A stretch of 64,000 bases of DNA from Promethearchaeota archaeon (GCA_048938105.1 JBHLMN010000011.1:96001-160000), one strand, 5' to 3'; shown: positions 1 through 10,889, numbered from the stretch's first letter. Translations and numbers: made by a program. The notes: generated by a model not told the origin, from the letters alone.

Positions 1-278
<278 letters not shown>

Positions 279-318
279 ATTTTTCCTGTGAATGTATTGA
301 AGAGAAAAGATACAGACA

Positions 319-354
319 CCCCTCTTTTTTTCTTCCTTTCTCTCTATTTATTTT
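319..354 (+). terminator. Pyrimidine/oligo-T tract, probable archaeal terminator between convergent genes
   Basis: ccctctttttttcttcctttctctctatttattt lies downstream of the gdhA stop. Confidence 0.4.
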
Positions 355-2271
355 CTAAGATGAGATCAATTCTCTGGGAAAACGGAGCTCAAAGACATTT
401 CCTTGGGGGTTAGCTGACCGAATTTTCAACAAGCCCCCATAATATTGCATGATGACTGAAGCAAGAGCAATCCCAATATTATGACCAATAATTTCCCATT
501 CATCCGTGATTGTCCCAGAGAGTTTTAAAATTATTTCTTGTGGTAATGGTTCTGAACACCAATCGCTAATATAAACACAGTAAAATGATGGGAAATAAGA
601 TCCTGTAATATTGATATTCTTTTCAATACTTATGATTTCATCATAAGAACTCAAGATAAACGTTAATATTTCATTAATTACATCTTTGAAACGTGTATCG
701 ATAAATGCTCTTGCATCAAGAGTCTTCTTGTTAATATTGATAAACTTGGAAGCTGCTGGTAATTCTAAAACAACTTCATTAATCATATTGAGAAGTTTAA
801 CGCTATCTTTTGGTTGATTAAAAGGAGTTTGAAGAACTTCAAAGATTTTATTCACTGTATCAATAGTTTTAGATGAGTTAGAAGCGATGGTAATGATTTG
901 ATTTATTATATTGTTATCCAGTTCGAGGTTGGACTCGTACATTAATGATAGTAATTCTATATTATTGATAATCTTTTGCATGTCATTATTTATGAAATGA
1001 GACATCATTGCATGATATCGTTCCTCTTCCAGTTTTAGTTGCCTTAGTGCCTCTTCAGCCTGTTTCCGTTCAGTGATATTACGTGCAATACCCAACATAC
1101 CTACAAGTTTCCCATCTTCGCTAACCTGAACTGAAGCTTTTATTTCTACTGTTATATAATTACCTGACTTAGTTAAAAGTCGCATTTCAGCTGGAGACAA
1201 CCGATCACCTTTCAAGACACGTCTAAATCCATCTATTATAATGGGAAGATCACCTTCATGCACTAAAGGTGAGAATGGTTTTCCAATCCACTCATTTTGA
1301 GCAAAACCTGTAATTGATTCCACTATAGGATTAATAGAAGTAAGAATGCCATCAGGAGAGATTGTAAAAATAATGTCACGAGCATTCTCTACATAACTCC
1401 GATACCGCTCCTCTGACTCACGTAATTTTTGTTCAATGGCCTTACGTTGAGTAATATCTGTAAAAACGGATAAAACTCCTTCAAATTCTTCTTTAGGAGA
1501 AAAAATAGGGGTCGCTGTTATGATCACTGGAATATGGCTACCATCTTTCGCTAATAAGCTTGCCTCATAGGTTGTTCTGTATCCCTTAGGACGCTTAGCT
1601 GTTTCATTATATATCTGGTCAATATATTCGCTCGGGACGATGCTTGACCAATGTTTTCCTATTAATTCCTCTTTCGTATAACCTAGTAGTTTGCCAGTCT
1701 TTGGATTTATAAAGGATATGAACCCTTTTGCATCTTCTAATAGAACTCCCTCTTCTAGCTTTTCAACAAGCATTTGATATTTCTCTTTGGACTCTCTTAA
1801 CTCCTCTTCGGCTTTTTTGTGCTTACTAATATCACGTATGATCGCGAGGTCAGCTTGTTTGCCCTGATATGGGATAATACCAGCATTTATTTCAACTTCT
1901 ATCACTCTATCATTTTTCAATAAAAAAGTGGTTTCGTATATCGGTGAGATACTCTGCCCAGCCATACGTTGTTCGTATCGATTCACAACTTCAGAACGAA
2001 AATCTGGATGAATATAATCCATGAATGGAGTATCAAGCAGTTCATCAGCAGTATAACCTGTAATTTTAACTAACCCTGGATTAACATACTTTATTAATGA
2101 ATCTTGAATTAAAGCAATACCATCGTTCGCTCGTTCGACTAAATTTCGATACTTTTCCTCTGATTCTCTCAATTCATGTTCAATTTGGTTAATACTTTTG
2201 ATTTTTCTCTGAATTGCATCTTTCACATCCCTAGGAATATCCTGCCTATTAAACAATTCCTCAAATTCCAT
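355..2271 (-). CDS. PAS-domain sensor (3 PAS/PAC) with degenerate HisKA/HATPase-like C-terminus
   Basis: Three 'EEKY..LVE...DG/DII...RDI' PAS units; H-box-like MSHFINNDMQ; C-terminal GHNIGIALASVIMQYYGG...GNVFELRFP. Confidence 0.88.
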   Translation of the reverse strand: MEFEELFNRQDIPRDVKDAIQRKIKSINQIEHELRESEEKYRNLVERANDGIALIQDSLIKYVNPGLVKITGYTADELLDTPFMDYIHPDFRSEVVNRYEQRMAGQSISPIYETTFLLKNDRVIEVEINAGIIPYQGKQADLAIIRDISKHKKAEEELRESKEKYQMLVEKLEEGVLLEDAKGFISFINPKTGKLLGYTKEELIGKHWSSIVPSEYIDQIYNETAKRPKGYRTTYEASLLAKDGSHIPVIITATPIFSPKEEFEGVLSVFTDITQRKAIEQKLRESEERYRSYVENARDIIFTISPDGILTSINPIVESITGFAQNEWIGKPFSPLVHEGDLPIIIDGFRRVLKGDRLSPAEMRLLTKSGNYITVEIKASVQVSEDGKLVGMLGIARNITERKQAEEALRQLKLEEERYHAMMSHFINNDMQKIINNIELLSLMYESNLELDNNIINQIITIASNSSKTIDTVNKIFEVLQTPFNQPKDSVKLLNMINEVVLELPAASKFININKKTLDARAFIDTRFKDVINEILTFILSSYDEIISIEKNINITGSYFPSFYCVYISDWCSEPLPQEIILKLSGTITDEWEIIGHNIGIALASVIMQYYGGLLKIRSANPQGNVFELRFPRELISS

Positions 2272-2503
2272 TAAAATCCACTGTCAATGATAATTTTTCT
2301 TATTAGCTCAGATAAACCTGATTCAATTCAGAGATTTAAATTTACTCAAATGATTCTACTAATTTTTTACAGATTAATAAAAATACAAGCTAGAATTCGT
2401 TCTTTTCCATTAACTCTAGAATTTCTAAAGGTTATTTTAAATGAAAATATTTCTGATTTTGAAATGAAAAAATTCTTGTTTATTGTTACTGATATTATCG
2501 AAT

Positions 2504-5500
2504 CTATTCCTTGTTAATATTACTTGAACCTTCGATTAATTTAAGCGGAAAGAGAAGATTGAACTCATTTCCCTTAGGATCTTGGGCATGGATTTCAAGT
2601 GATCCACCATAATATTGCATGATGACGGAAGCTAGAGCAATCCCAATATTATGGCCAATAATTTCCCATTCATCAGTAATTGTCCCTGAGAGTTTTGAAA
2701 CTATTTCTTGTGGTAAGGGTTCAGAACAACAATCGCTAATGAGAACACAGAAGGAGGTAGAGAGAAAGTACCCCTCAATATTGATACTTGTACTGATATT
2801 TACAGAATCATGATAGAAACTCAAAATAAAGAATAATATCTCATTAAAAACGTCTTTAAGATGATTATCAGTAAATATTGATACACCAAGGCTGCTTTTG
2901 CTAATATTGACAAGTTTGGAAAAATTTGATAATGCAGAGACAACTTCATTGATAATATTGAATAAAGGTTGACTTTCACTAGGCCGAATAAATGGAGACT
3001 GAAGAATTTCATAAATATTGTTAACTGTATCAATGGTTTTTGATGAACCAGAAGCAATGGTAATAACATTATTTACGATTTGTGGATCAAGCTCTAATTT
3101 GGATTCATACATTAAAGAAAGTAATTCTACGTTATTGATGATCTTCTGCATGTCATTATTTATGAAATGAGACATCATTGCATGGTATCGCTCTTCTTCC
3201 AATTTTACTTGGCGTAATGCCTGTTCTGCTTGTTTACGTTCAGTAATATCACGCACGATCCCTTGAATGACCTTTTTACCTCTGATCTCAAAAAGACTTG
3301 ATGACACCTCAGCTGGAAACACCTCACCACCTTTTTTAATGAAGTCGATCTCAAAATTCACAAATCCCTCTTTTGAGATTGTTTTAAAAGCCCAATCCGA
3401 TGTTTCGATTGATTCAGCAGGATGCAGGCTAGGAATTGAAATCAAAATTAATTCCGATTTCGTATATCCGAAAAGTTCCAATGTTTTCTCATTGATATCT
3501 ATTATATTACCATCTAAGTCATGTAAAAATATTGCATCATTAGAATAATGGAAAAGGTTACTATATTTCTCCTCACTTTGTTGTAACTCCTCCTCTACTC
3601 GCTTACGTTCTGTGATATCAGTAGATAATACAAGAACTCCTTGGTACTCTCCAGTACTTGAAAAAATTGGTGCTGCTGAAACTATAACTGGTATAATTGT
3701 TCCATCTTTTGCTAGGATGTTGCTTTCATAAGTACTACTGATTCCTTTGGAACGTTTTGCAGTCTCCATATAGGATTGATCCAGGTCATCCTCAGGAACT
3801 ATAAAACTCCAATGCTTACCTATTAGTTCGTCTTCAGTATAACCTAATGTTTCCAATGTTTTAGGATTAGCAAAAGTAATAAATCCATCAGGGTCTTCTA
3901 CCGTGAGTCCCTCTTCTAGCTTTTCGACAAGATTTTGATATTTCTCTCTTTCATCACTCAAAGCTTTCTCTATCTCTGCACGTTCTGTAACATCACGAAC
4001 TATACCCCGAAACCCAATAATTTCACCTTCAAAATTATGCATTGGAGAAATAGACGCTTCACTGACTCCCCTTGTACCATCTTTTCTAATAAATCCAAAA
4101 TCAAAGATTCTAGCAGTTTCTCCTGTTCGATAGACTGTATTAAAGGTTTTAAATACCATTCTGGCTGTCTGTTTATCCATATACTGCTGGTAATTCATAC
4201 CTAACAATTCAACATTTGAAAAACCTAAAATTTTGCAAAGTGAATCATTGAAAAAAGTGAAATTCCCTGAGATATCCACCTCATAATATCCTTCTTCGAC
4301 TGTCTCTAAGATTGTACGATATTTTTCGGCAGTTTCCTGCAATTGCTTCTCAACAAATTTACGTTCAGTAATATCTGTAAACACAGTAAGGACCCCATCG
4401 AATTCTCCACTGGGAGAGAGAACAGGAGTCGCTGTGACAATTACGGGGACATGACGCCCATCTTTTGTTAGATTACAAACTTCATAAGTACTACTGACTC
4501 CTTTGGGGCGCTTTGCAGTCTCAACTTTCACTTGGTCAATATATTCTTTTGGTACAATGTAACTCCAATGTTTTCCTATTAGTTCCTCTTCAGTATAGCC
4601 CAATAATTCGGCTATTCTAGGATTTACAAAGGTAAATACCCCTCGGCGATCTTCTAAGGCCACTCCTTCCTGTAATTTCTCCACAAGCATTTGATATTTA
4701 TTTTTAGACTCCTTTAATGCCCTTTCAGTCTGTTTACGCTCAGTAATGTCGATTAATGTGACTAAAGCCGCTGTTTTACCCAAGAAAGTAATTGTTTTCG
4801 AAAAATTATCGACCCATTTTAACTGCCCACTTTTTGTTATTAATTTATAAGAATAATTGGTTACAATTTCTTTTTCTCCTAACTGTTTCTTTCGTCCCTG
4901 TTCCGTCACAAAAGGTCTATCATCAGGATGAACCACTTTTGCTGATTCACCTGGTTTCCAATTAAGTATTTCATCTATTGAATATTCAAAAATATCTGCT
5001 AATGCCTGATTTGCGTATTTTATTACATCATCTTGGAGAATACATACTCCCATCATGGTTCGTTCAGACATTACCCTAAACTTATGTTCGCTCTCTTTTA
5101 ATGCTTCTTCTGTTTTCTTCCGCTCAGTTATATCTCTCACTATACTAATGAAAGCAAAAGGATTCCCATCTACATCAGTTATTAACGCTGCACTCAATTC
5201 TGCAGGATAGATAGTTCCATCAAGTTTCATTAACCTATATTCGTAGTTAGAAATAATTCCTCCCTGTAATGCCTTTTGAAAATTATCAATTACACGGTTT
5301 CGATCCTTTAGTGCAATTAACTCCATTATGTTTTTCCCAATTAATTCTTCAGCGATACTAGCACTACTCAATTTAACAGCTTGTTGATTAACTGCAATAA
5401 TATTGAAATTTAGATCAGTCAAAGTGATAGCATCAGGAGAAAGCTCAATTAACCTCCTATAACGGGCTTCACTCTCCCGTAGTGCTTGTTCCACCTCTTG

Positions 5501-7087
5501 ACGTTCGGTTATATCTCTTACAATCCCTCGAAATCCGGTGGGGGCACCTTCAGGATCGGTTACTAAAGAAACTGACGCCTCACAGATCCTTCTAGATCCA
5601 TCCTTTCTAATACTCTCATAAGCGAAAATTTTTGTGGATTCACCTGTTTGATATACCTTATTAAAGTTTTTATATACCATTTTGGCAGTTTCTTCATCTG
5701 TATACTCTCGGTTATTCATCCCCATTAATTCTTCCCTAGAATACCCATAAATTTTACACATAGCATCATTGAAGAAAGTTAAATTTCCAGAAAGATCCAC
5801 CTCATAATAGCCATCTTCTATGTTCTCTAGAATTGTCCGATACTTTTCTTCACTTTCTCGTAACGCATATTCTATCTGTTTACGCTCAGATATATCACGA
5901 ATAATACCCCGAAATCCAACACGTTCATCCTTGGAATCATATATTAAAGAAACTGATGCCTCAATGTATCCTCTGCTCCCATCTTTTCTGATAAACTCCC
6001 AATTAAACTCTTTTGACGGTTTACCTGTTCGATAAACTTCATTGAAAGCTTTGAATACCTTTGAGGCGGTTTTATCATCACAATATTGCTTGTAACTCAT
6101 TCCCATAATTTCTTGTTGGGAATAACCAAAAATAGTACAAAGCGAATCATTGAAGAAAGTAAAACGCCCCGTAAGATCCACCTCATAATATCCCTCTTCG
6201 ATGTTTTCAAGAATTGTACGGTGCTTTTCTTCACTTTCTCGTAATGCTTGTTCAACTTGTTTGCGTTCAGTAATATCACGTATGATCGCGAGGTCAGCTT
6301 GTTTACCTTGGTAAGAGATAACTCCAGCGTTAACTTCAACTTCCAATATCTTATCATCTTTCAGTAATAATTTTGTTTCATAAATTGGTGGAACACTTTG
6401 ACCAGCCATACGTCGCTCGTAGCGATTAATAACATCAGAAAGAACATCGGGGTGAATATAGTTCATAATTGGAGTGTCAATTAGTTCCTGCTTTGTAAAA
6501 CCAGTTAATTTAGCTAAACTTGGATTAATATACTTTATTAAGGAGTCCTGAACTATCGCAATACCATCATTCGCTCGTTCAACTAAGTTTCGATATTTCT
6601 CTTCTGACTCCTGTAAAGCATTCATTGTTTGTTTGTAAGCAGTGATATCTCTGATAATAGTAACAACACGGATAACTTTTCCCTCATCAATAATTGGGAT
6701 CTTTCGTGTTTCAGTAATAAATTCTTCATCACCGATTGTAGTACCTTCCTCAGTGACGAGATATTCGCCAGTATTAAAAACGTGCTTATATTCACTAATG
6801 ACCTTTTCTGATAAGAAAGGGAAAACGTCAGTAATTCTCTGACCTATTACATCTCCTGGTAGGCCCAATTCTTCATTCCATTGCTCGAAAACTGTGTTAA
6901 AAAGCAAAAAACGCAAGTCAGGATTAACAACATGTATTGCATCCCCCATCGAATCAAGCGTTTGACGTAATTGCTGTCCTATTTCATATTCTTCTTGAAT
7001 ATGCTTTTGTTTGACTAAATAGCTCTGGATAGCTTCTTTCACATCTGTAGGAACATCTGGCCTATCAAGAATTGTTTTTAATTGCAT
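2504..7087 (-). CDS. Giant PAS-domain sensor (10 PAS/PAC) with degenerate HisKA/HATPase-like C-terminus
   Basis: Ten PAS units, each ending in (R/T/I)D(I/V)(T/S)xxK-like motifs (typically DITERK); C-terminus paralogous to 355..2271. Confidence 0.9.
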   Translation of the reverse strand: MQLKTILDRPDVPTDVKEAIQSYLVKQKHIQEEYEIGQQLRQTLDSMGDAIHVVNPDLRFLLFNTVFEQWNEELGLPGDVIGQRITDVFPFLSEKVISEYKHVFNTGEYLVTEEGTTIGDEEFITETRKIPIIDEGKVIRVVTIIRDITAYKQTMNALQESEEKYRNLVERANDGIAIVQDSLIKYINPSLAKLTGFTKQELIDTPIMNYIHPDVLSDVINRYERRMAGQSVPPIYETKLLLKDDKILEVEVNAGVISYQGKQADLAIIRDITERKQVEQALRESEEKHRTILENIEEGYYEVDLTGRFTFFNDSLCTIFGYSQQEIMGMSYKQYCDDKTASKVFKAFNEVYRTGKPSKEFNWEFIRKDGSRGYIEASVSLIYDSKDERVGFRGIIRDISERKQIEYALRESEEKYRTILENIEDGYYEVDLSGNLTFFNDAMCKIYGYSREELMGMNNREYTDEETAKMVYKNFNKVYQTGESTKIFAYESIRKDGSRRICEASVSLVTDPEGAPTGFRGIVRDITERQEVEQALRESEARYRRLIELSPDAITLTDLNFNIIAVNQQAVKLSSASIAEELIGKNIMELIALKDRNRVIDNFQKALQGGIISNYEYRLMKLDGTIYPAELSAALITDVDGNPFAFISIVRDITERKKTEEALKESEHKFRVMSERTMMGVCILQDDVIKYANQALADIFEYSIDEILNWKPGESAKVVHPDDRPFVTEQGRKKQLGEKEIVTNYSYKLITKSGQLKWVDNFSKTITFLGKTAALVTLIDITERKQTERALKESKNKYQMLVEKLQEGVALEDRRGVFTFVNPRIAELLGYTEEELIGKHWSYIVPKEYIDQVKVETAKRPKGVSSTYEVCNLTKDGRHVPVIVTATPVLSPSGEFDGVLTVFTDITERKFVEKQLQETAEKYRTILETVEEGYYEVDISGNFTFFNDSLCKILGFSNVELLGMNYQQYMDKQTARMVFKTFNTVYRTGETARIFDFGFIRKDGTRGVSEASISPMHNFEGEIIGFRGIVRDVTERAEIEKALSDEREKYQNLVEKLEEGLTVEDPDGFITFANPKTLETLGYTEDELIGKHWSFIVPEDDLDQSYMETAKRSKGISSTYESNILAKDGTIIPVIVSAAPIFSSTGEYQGVLVLSTDITERKRVEEELQQSEEKYSNLFHYSNDAIFLHDLDGNIIDINEKTLELFGYTKSELILISIPSLHPAESIETSDWAFKTISKEGFVNFEIDFIKKGGEVFPAEVSSSLFEIRGKKVIQGIVRDITERKQAEQALRQVKLEEERYHAMMSHFINNDMQKIINNVELLSLMYESKLELDPQIVNNVITIASGSSKTIDTVNNIYEILQSPFIRPSESQPLFNIINEVVSALSNFSKLVNISKSSLGVSIFTDNHLKDVFNEILFFILSFYHDSVNISTSINIEGYFLSTSFCVLISDCCSEPLPQEIVSKLSGTITDEWEIIGHNIGIALASVIMQYYGGSLEIHAQDPKGNEFNLLFPLKLIEGSSNINKE

Positions 7088-7353
7088 TTCTACTCACTGA
7101 AAGTTGAGCTTTTCTCTATTTAGTATTTATTATAACATGATTATTATATGGTTTTTCTATTAGAATTTTCTTTATCTTCGACCAAAATTAGTAAATTTAA
7201 GTCTAATATTTCCCTAATCTTCAATCATTACTTTGATATTTCAAAACAAAACATTCTAACAACAGATAATTACCATATTATACCATAAAATTGAAATATT
7301 AAAGTAAAAAGTACATATTTAATGTGAGACAATTCGTAGAGTTATGATGGAAG

Positions 7354-8571
7354 ATGACAAAAATCCTCGTGCTGGGAGGAGCTGGAGTAGTTGGTAAAAT
7401 AGCGGTTAAGACACTCATCACATTTCCTGATTTCTCTAAAGTGATTATTGGTGATATTGATATTAAAAAAGCTCATGAAATTACTAAGGATATTAACTCA
7501 GATAAAATTGAGTTTCGAGAAATCAATGTAAACAATTTAGAAAGTCTTAACAATATGATTAAGTCCGTCGATGCCGTGTTAAATTGTATTGGTCCATTCT
7601 ATAAATATGGTTCATTAATTTTGAAGTCAGCAATAGAGATGGGAAGAAACTATGTAGACATTAATGATGATGTTGACGCGACACAAAAAGTACTTTTGAT
7701 GGATAATGAAGCGCAAAGAGCAAATATTACAGCATTAATTGGAATGGGAAGCTCCCCTGGCATCACCAATTTACTGGCTAAATTTGCTGCTGAGCAATTA
7801 CTTGATGAAGTGGATTCAATTGACCTCTATCATGCTCATGGGGGGGAACCGTTTGAAGGTCCAGGGGTAATTTACCATCGTATTCATTCTATGAGTATTG
7901 AAATACCAATATTTATTGAGGGTAAATTTATCACCTTAAATTTCTTTGACGATGTTGGAAAATCCCTAGAAGAAGAGGTAAATTTCCAAAAACTTGGAAA
8001 ATATCGAGTTCATCCATATCCACATCCAGAAACTATCACGCTACCAAAGTATATTAAAGGTGTTAAACGAGTTACAAATAAAGGAACAGTATTACCCCCT
8101 AAATACTTCTATCTAATCACAGACTTGGTAAAACTTGGTTTAACCGATGATAATCCTATAAACGTAAAAGGACATAGGATTTCTCCACTAGAATTTACTA
8201 TTTCTTATATTATCAACCAAAGAGAAAGAATACTGAAGGAAACAAATTTTGGATCCCAACGGGGATGTGTGAAGATTGTTGTAAAGGGGAAAAAATATGG
8301 GAAAAATCACCAGTATATATTTTCTTTAGCGTCTGAAAACCAAGCAATGGGCGAAGGTACGGGAATTCCTGCTGCGATTGGTGTTATTCTTATGAATAGA
8401 GGATTGATAACAATTAAGGGGGTTGTACCACCAGAAGCATGTATTAATCCTTTAGATTTTCTCGCGATTATGCAAGAGCATCTCAAGCTTGAAACAGTAA
8501 CAGGAGAGGGATCCCCCTTAACAATAGAATCAATTGATGAAGAAGGAAAAGTTGAAACATTAACACTTTAA
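7354..8571 (+). CDS. Saccharopine dehydrogenase-like NAD(P)-dependent oxidoreductase
   Basis: KILVLGGAGVVG Rossmann motif, NCIGPFY, YVDIND, GMGSSPGITN, HPETITLP, GVVPPE. Confidence 0.88.
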   Translation: MTKILVLGGAGVVGKIAVKTLITFPDFSKVIIGDIDIKKAHEITKDINSDKIEFREINVNNLESLNNMIKSVDAVLNCIGPFYKYGSLILKSAIEMGRNYVDINDDVDATQKVLLMDNEAQRANITALIGMGSSPGITNLLAKFAAEQLLDEVDSIDLYHAHGGEPFEGPGVIYHRIHSMSIEIPIFIEGKFITLNFFDDVGKSLEEEVNFQKLGKYRVHPYPHPETITLPKYIKGVKRVTNKGTVLPPKYFYLITDLVKLGLTDDNPINVKGHRISPLEFTISYIINQRERILKETNFGSQRGCVKIVVKGKKYGKNHQYIFSLASENQAMGEGTGIPAAIGVILMNRGLITIKGVVPPEACINPLDFLAIMQEHLKLETVTGEGSPLTIESIDEEGKVETLTL

Positions 8572-8586
8572 TCAAATAAAATGTGA

Positions 8587-10170
8587 TTGGTGATGTCAAT
8601 ACAAACACAAGAAAAAAAATATGTATTAGCCATTGACCATGGGACATCAGGAGTCAAGACCGCGCTTTGTTCTGTGTATGGAGAAGTTTTAGATTTTATC
8701 TTTGAAAAAACACCTCTATATTTAATAGGAGAAGGGGGAGCAGAGCAAAATCCTAATGAATGGTGGGAAGCTATCTTAAAGACTTCAAGACGTCTAATCG
8801 ATAAGTCTCTTGTTCCTATTGATGATATTGTGGCTATTTCCTGTTCAAGTCAATGGTCTGGTACAGTCGCTGTAGACGCTGATGGAAACCATTTGATGAA
8901 TGCAATTATCTGGATGGATTCGCGAGGAGCACCATATCTCAGGAAAACGCTAGATGGTTTCCCAAAAATTTCAGGTTATCCATTGAAAGATATTATTCGA
9001 TTTATCCGTAAGACAGGAGGAGCTCCAGGTTTGTCAGGAAAAGATCCAATTTCACACATACTATATTTGAAATATGAACATCCTGACATCTATGAAAAAA
9101 CCTTCAAATTCCTTGACTGTATTGATTTCTTGAATTTAAAATTCACAGGAAAGTTCGCTGCCTCTACTGATTCAATTACTCTTCATTGGGTGACCAATAC
9201 TCGTGATATCAATAATATACGTTATGATAAAACTCTAATAAAGCGTCTTAAAATTGAGAAAGAAAAACTTCCTGACTTAAAAGGGCCTACCGATATTTTA
9301 GGAAATGTTACACCAAAAGTTGCAGATGAAATAGGTATTAATCGAGATGTAAAAGTATCAATGGGAGCTCCCGATCTATTATCTGCAATAATAGGCTCTG
9401 GGGCCGTTAAAGACTACCAAGGGCATGTTTATCTTGGAACCAGCTCCTGGATAATTTGTCACGTCCCCTTCAAAAAAACAGATATTTCTCACAATATGGC
9501 TTCTATTCCTGCTGCTATTCCAAAGAAGTATTTTGTTGTGAATGAGCAGGAAAGTGCTGGTGCCTGTTTAAATTTCTTACGTGATAACATTTTCTTTATT
9601 GATGAAGAGAAATACTTTGAAAATGCTGAAGTTTACAGAATCTTTGATGAAATTGTCGAGAATGTTCCAGTGGGAAGTGGTAAAGTTATTTTCACTCCTT
9701 GGTTATATGGTGAACGAACGCCTATTGAAGATCATACTGTTCGTGGTGGCTTCTTTAACCTCTCTTTAAACACCAAGAAAGAACATATGATAAGAGCAGT
9801 GTTTGAAGGAGTGGCTTTTAATAGTCGTTGGGTATTGAAATATGTTGAAGCTTTTATAAAACGAAAAATGGATCCACTGAATATAATTGGAGGGGGTGCT
9901 CAATCTAATGTGTGGTGCCAGATCTATGCTGATGTATTGAATAGAAGGATTCGACAAGTAAAAGATCCTATTCAGGCAAATGCTAGAGGAGCAGCTTTTA
10001 TTGCTTCTGTTGCCTTAGGATACATCACTTTCGATGACATTCCAAATCTCATTCAGTATTCAAGAACATTTCATCCAGATCCACAGAATGTTAAAACTTA
10101 TAATTGGCTCTTTAACGAATTCTTAACTATTTATAAGAATAACAGAAAAATGTACAAACGACTGAATTGA
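8587..10170 (+). CDS. FGGY-family carbohydrate kinase (xylulokinase-like)
   Basis: LAIDHGTSGVK, IIWMDSR, YLGTSSW, PWLYGERTP, RAVFEGVA, GGGAQS. Confidence 0.92.
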   Translation: MVMSIQTQEKKYVLAIDHGTSGVKTALCSVYGEVLDFIFEKTPLYLIGEGGAEQNPNEWWEAILKTSRRLIDKSLVPIDDIVAISCSSQWSGTVAVDADGNHLMNAIIWMDSRGAPYLRKTLDGFPKISGYPLKDIIRFIRKTGGAPGLSGKDPISHILYLKYEHPDIYEKTFKFLDCIDFLNLKFTGKFAASTDSITLHWVTNTRDINNIRYDKTLIKRLKIEKEKLPDLKGPTDILGNVTPKVADEIGINRDVKVSMGAPDLLSAIIGSGAVKDYQGHVYLGTSSWIICHVPFKKTDISHNMASIPAAIPKKYFVVNEQESAGACLNFLRDNIFFIDEEKYFENAEVYRIFDEIVENVPVGSGKVIFTPWLYGERTPIEDHTVRGGFFNLSLNTKKEHMIRAVFEGVAFNSRWVLKYVEAFIKRKMDPLNIIGGGAQSNVWCQIYADVLNRRIRQVKDPIQANARGAAFIASVALGYITFDDIPNLIQYSRTFHPDPQNVKTYNWLFNEFLTIYKNNRKMYKRLN

Positions 10171-10181
10171 TCATATCTTAC

Positions 10182-10889
10182 CTAATTAGGATTGACAATG
10201 GCTAGTAGGGATTGAATCGCTTCATTTACCATTAATACAGCAAAAGCAAATAAAATGATAGCTGTCCCTCTTTGTACCCATACGAAGAGTTTTGGATTTG
10301 GTAAACGCCCAATGACGGCAAGTAAAGTCGTAAAAAACAGTTGCCAAAGTAATACCCCTGATAGAAACATGAGAACAATTCCTAAACGAAAAGCGGGGTC
10401 AGGAACGTTAAAATCGCTAAATAAAATCAATGTCCCCATTGACACCCACCAAAAGTAAGACCACGGAGAAGTGACGACAATTGAGAACCCAGTTAAATAT
10501 TGTCTAGCTAATCGAGAATAACTTGGATATAATGATTCATTTTGAGTATTTGGACGATTTTCAAGAGGAATTGGTTTAGAAAAAAGAGCTGAAGCTCCCA
10601 AAAATCCTAAAATTAGTATATTAACCGAAAAAAGCAAGAATGTAATAACTGGATTTGAAAAGATATCAGTTAATATTTCTCCACCTAAGGTTAATGCTGA
10701 AAAAGCAACAACGAAATCCCCAGTCATAGCACCAACTCCTGTTAATATAGCTAAAGCCCAAGCAAATTTTTCACTAACAGTTTTATTTAGTGCCTGTTTG
10801 ATTACCTCGGCATTTATTGGGCCAAGAGGAGCGGCTAATGTGAATCCCAAAAACCCAACGAAAACCCATAGTTCTAAAACACCAGCCAA
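10182..10889 (-). CDS. LysE/RhtB family exporter
   Basis: GFTLAAPLGPINAEVI, G...GD, GFSIVVTSPWSYFWW; about 6 TM segments. Confidence 0.85.
   Translation of the reverse strand: MAGVLELWVFVGFLGFTLAAPLGPINAEVIKQALNKTVSEKFAWALAILTGVGAMTGDFVVAFSALTLGGEILTDIFSNPVITFLLFSVNILILGFLGASALFSKPIPLENRPNTQNESLYPSYSRLARQYLTGFSIVVTSPWSYFWWVSMGTLILFSDFNVPDPAFRLGIVLMFLSGVLLWQLFFTTLLAVIGRLPNPKLFVWVQRGTAIILFAFAVLMVNEAIQSLLAIVNPN

Noticed and set aside
2287-2517. 76-aa plus-strand ORF between the PAS genes
   Set aside because: Low-complexity translation of AT-rich intergenic DNA, with no motif, overlapping the end of a real gene.
2619-6842. Several short ORFs inside the 1527-aa PAS gene
   Set aside because: Antisense or alternate-frame shadows of a well-supported CDS.
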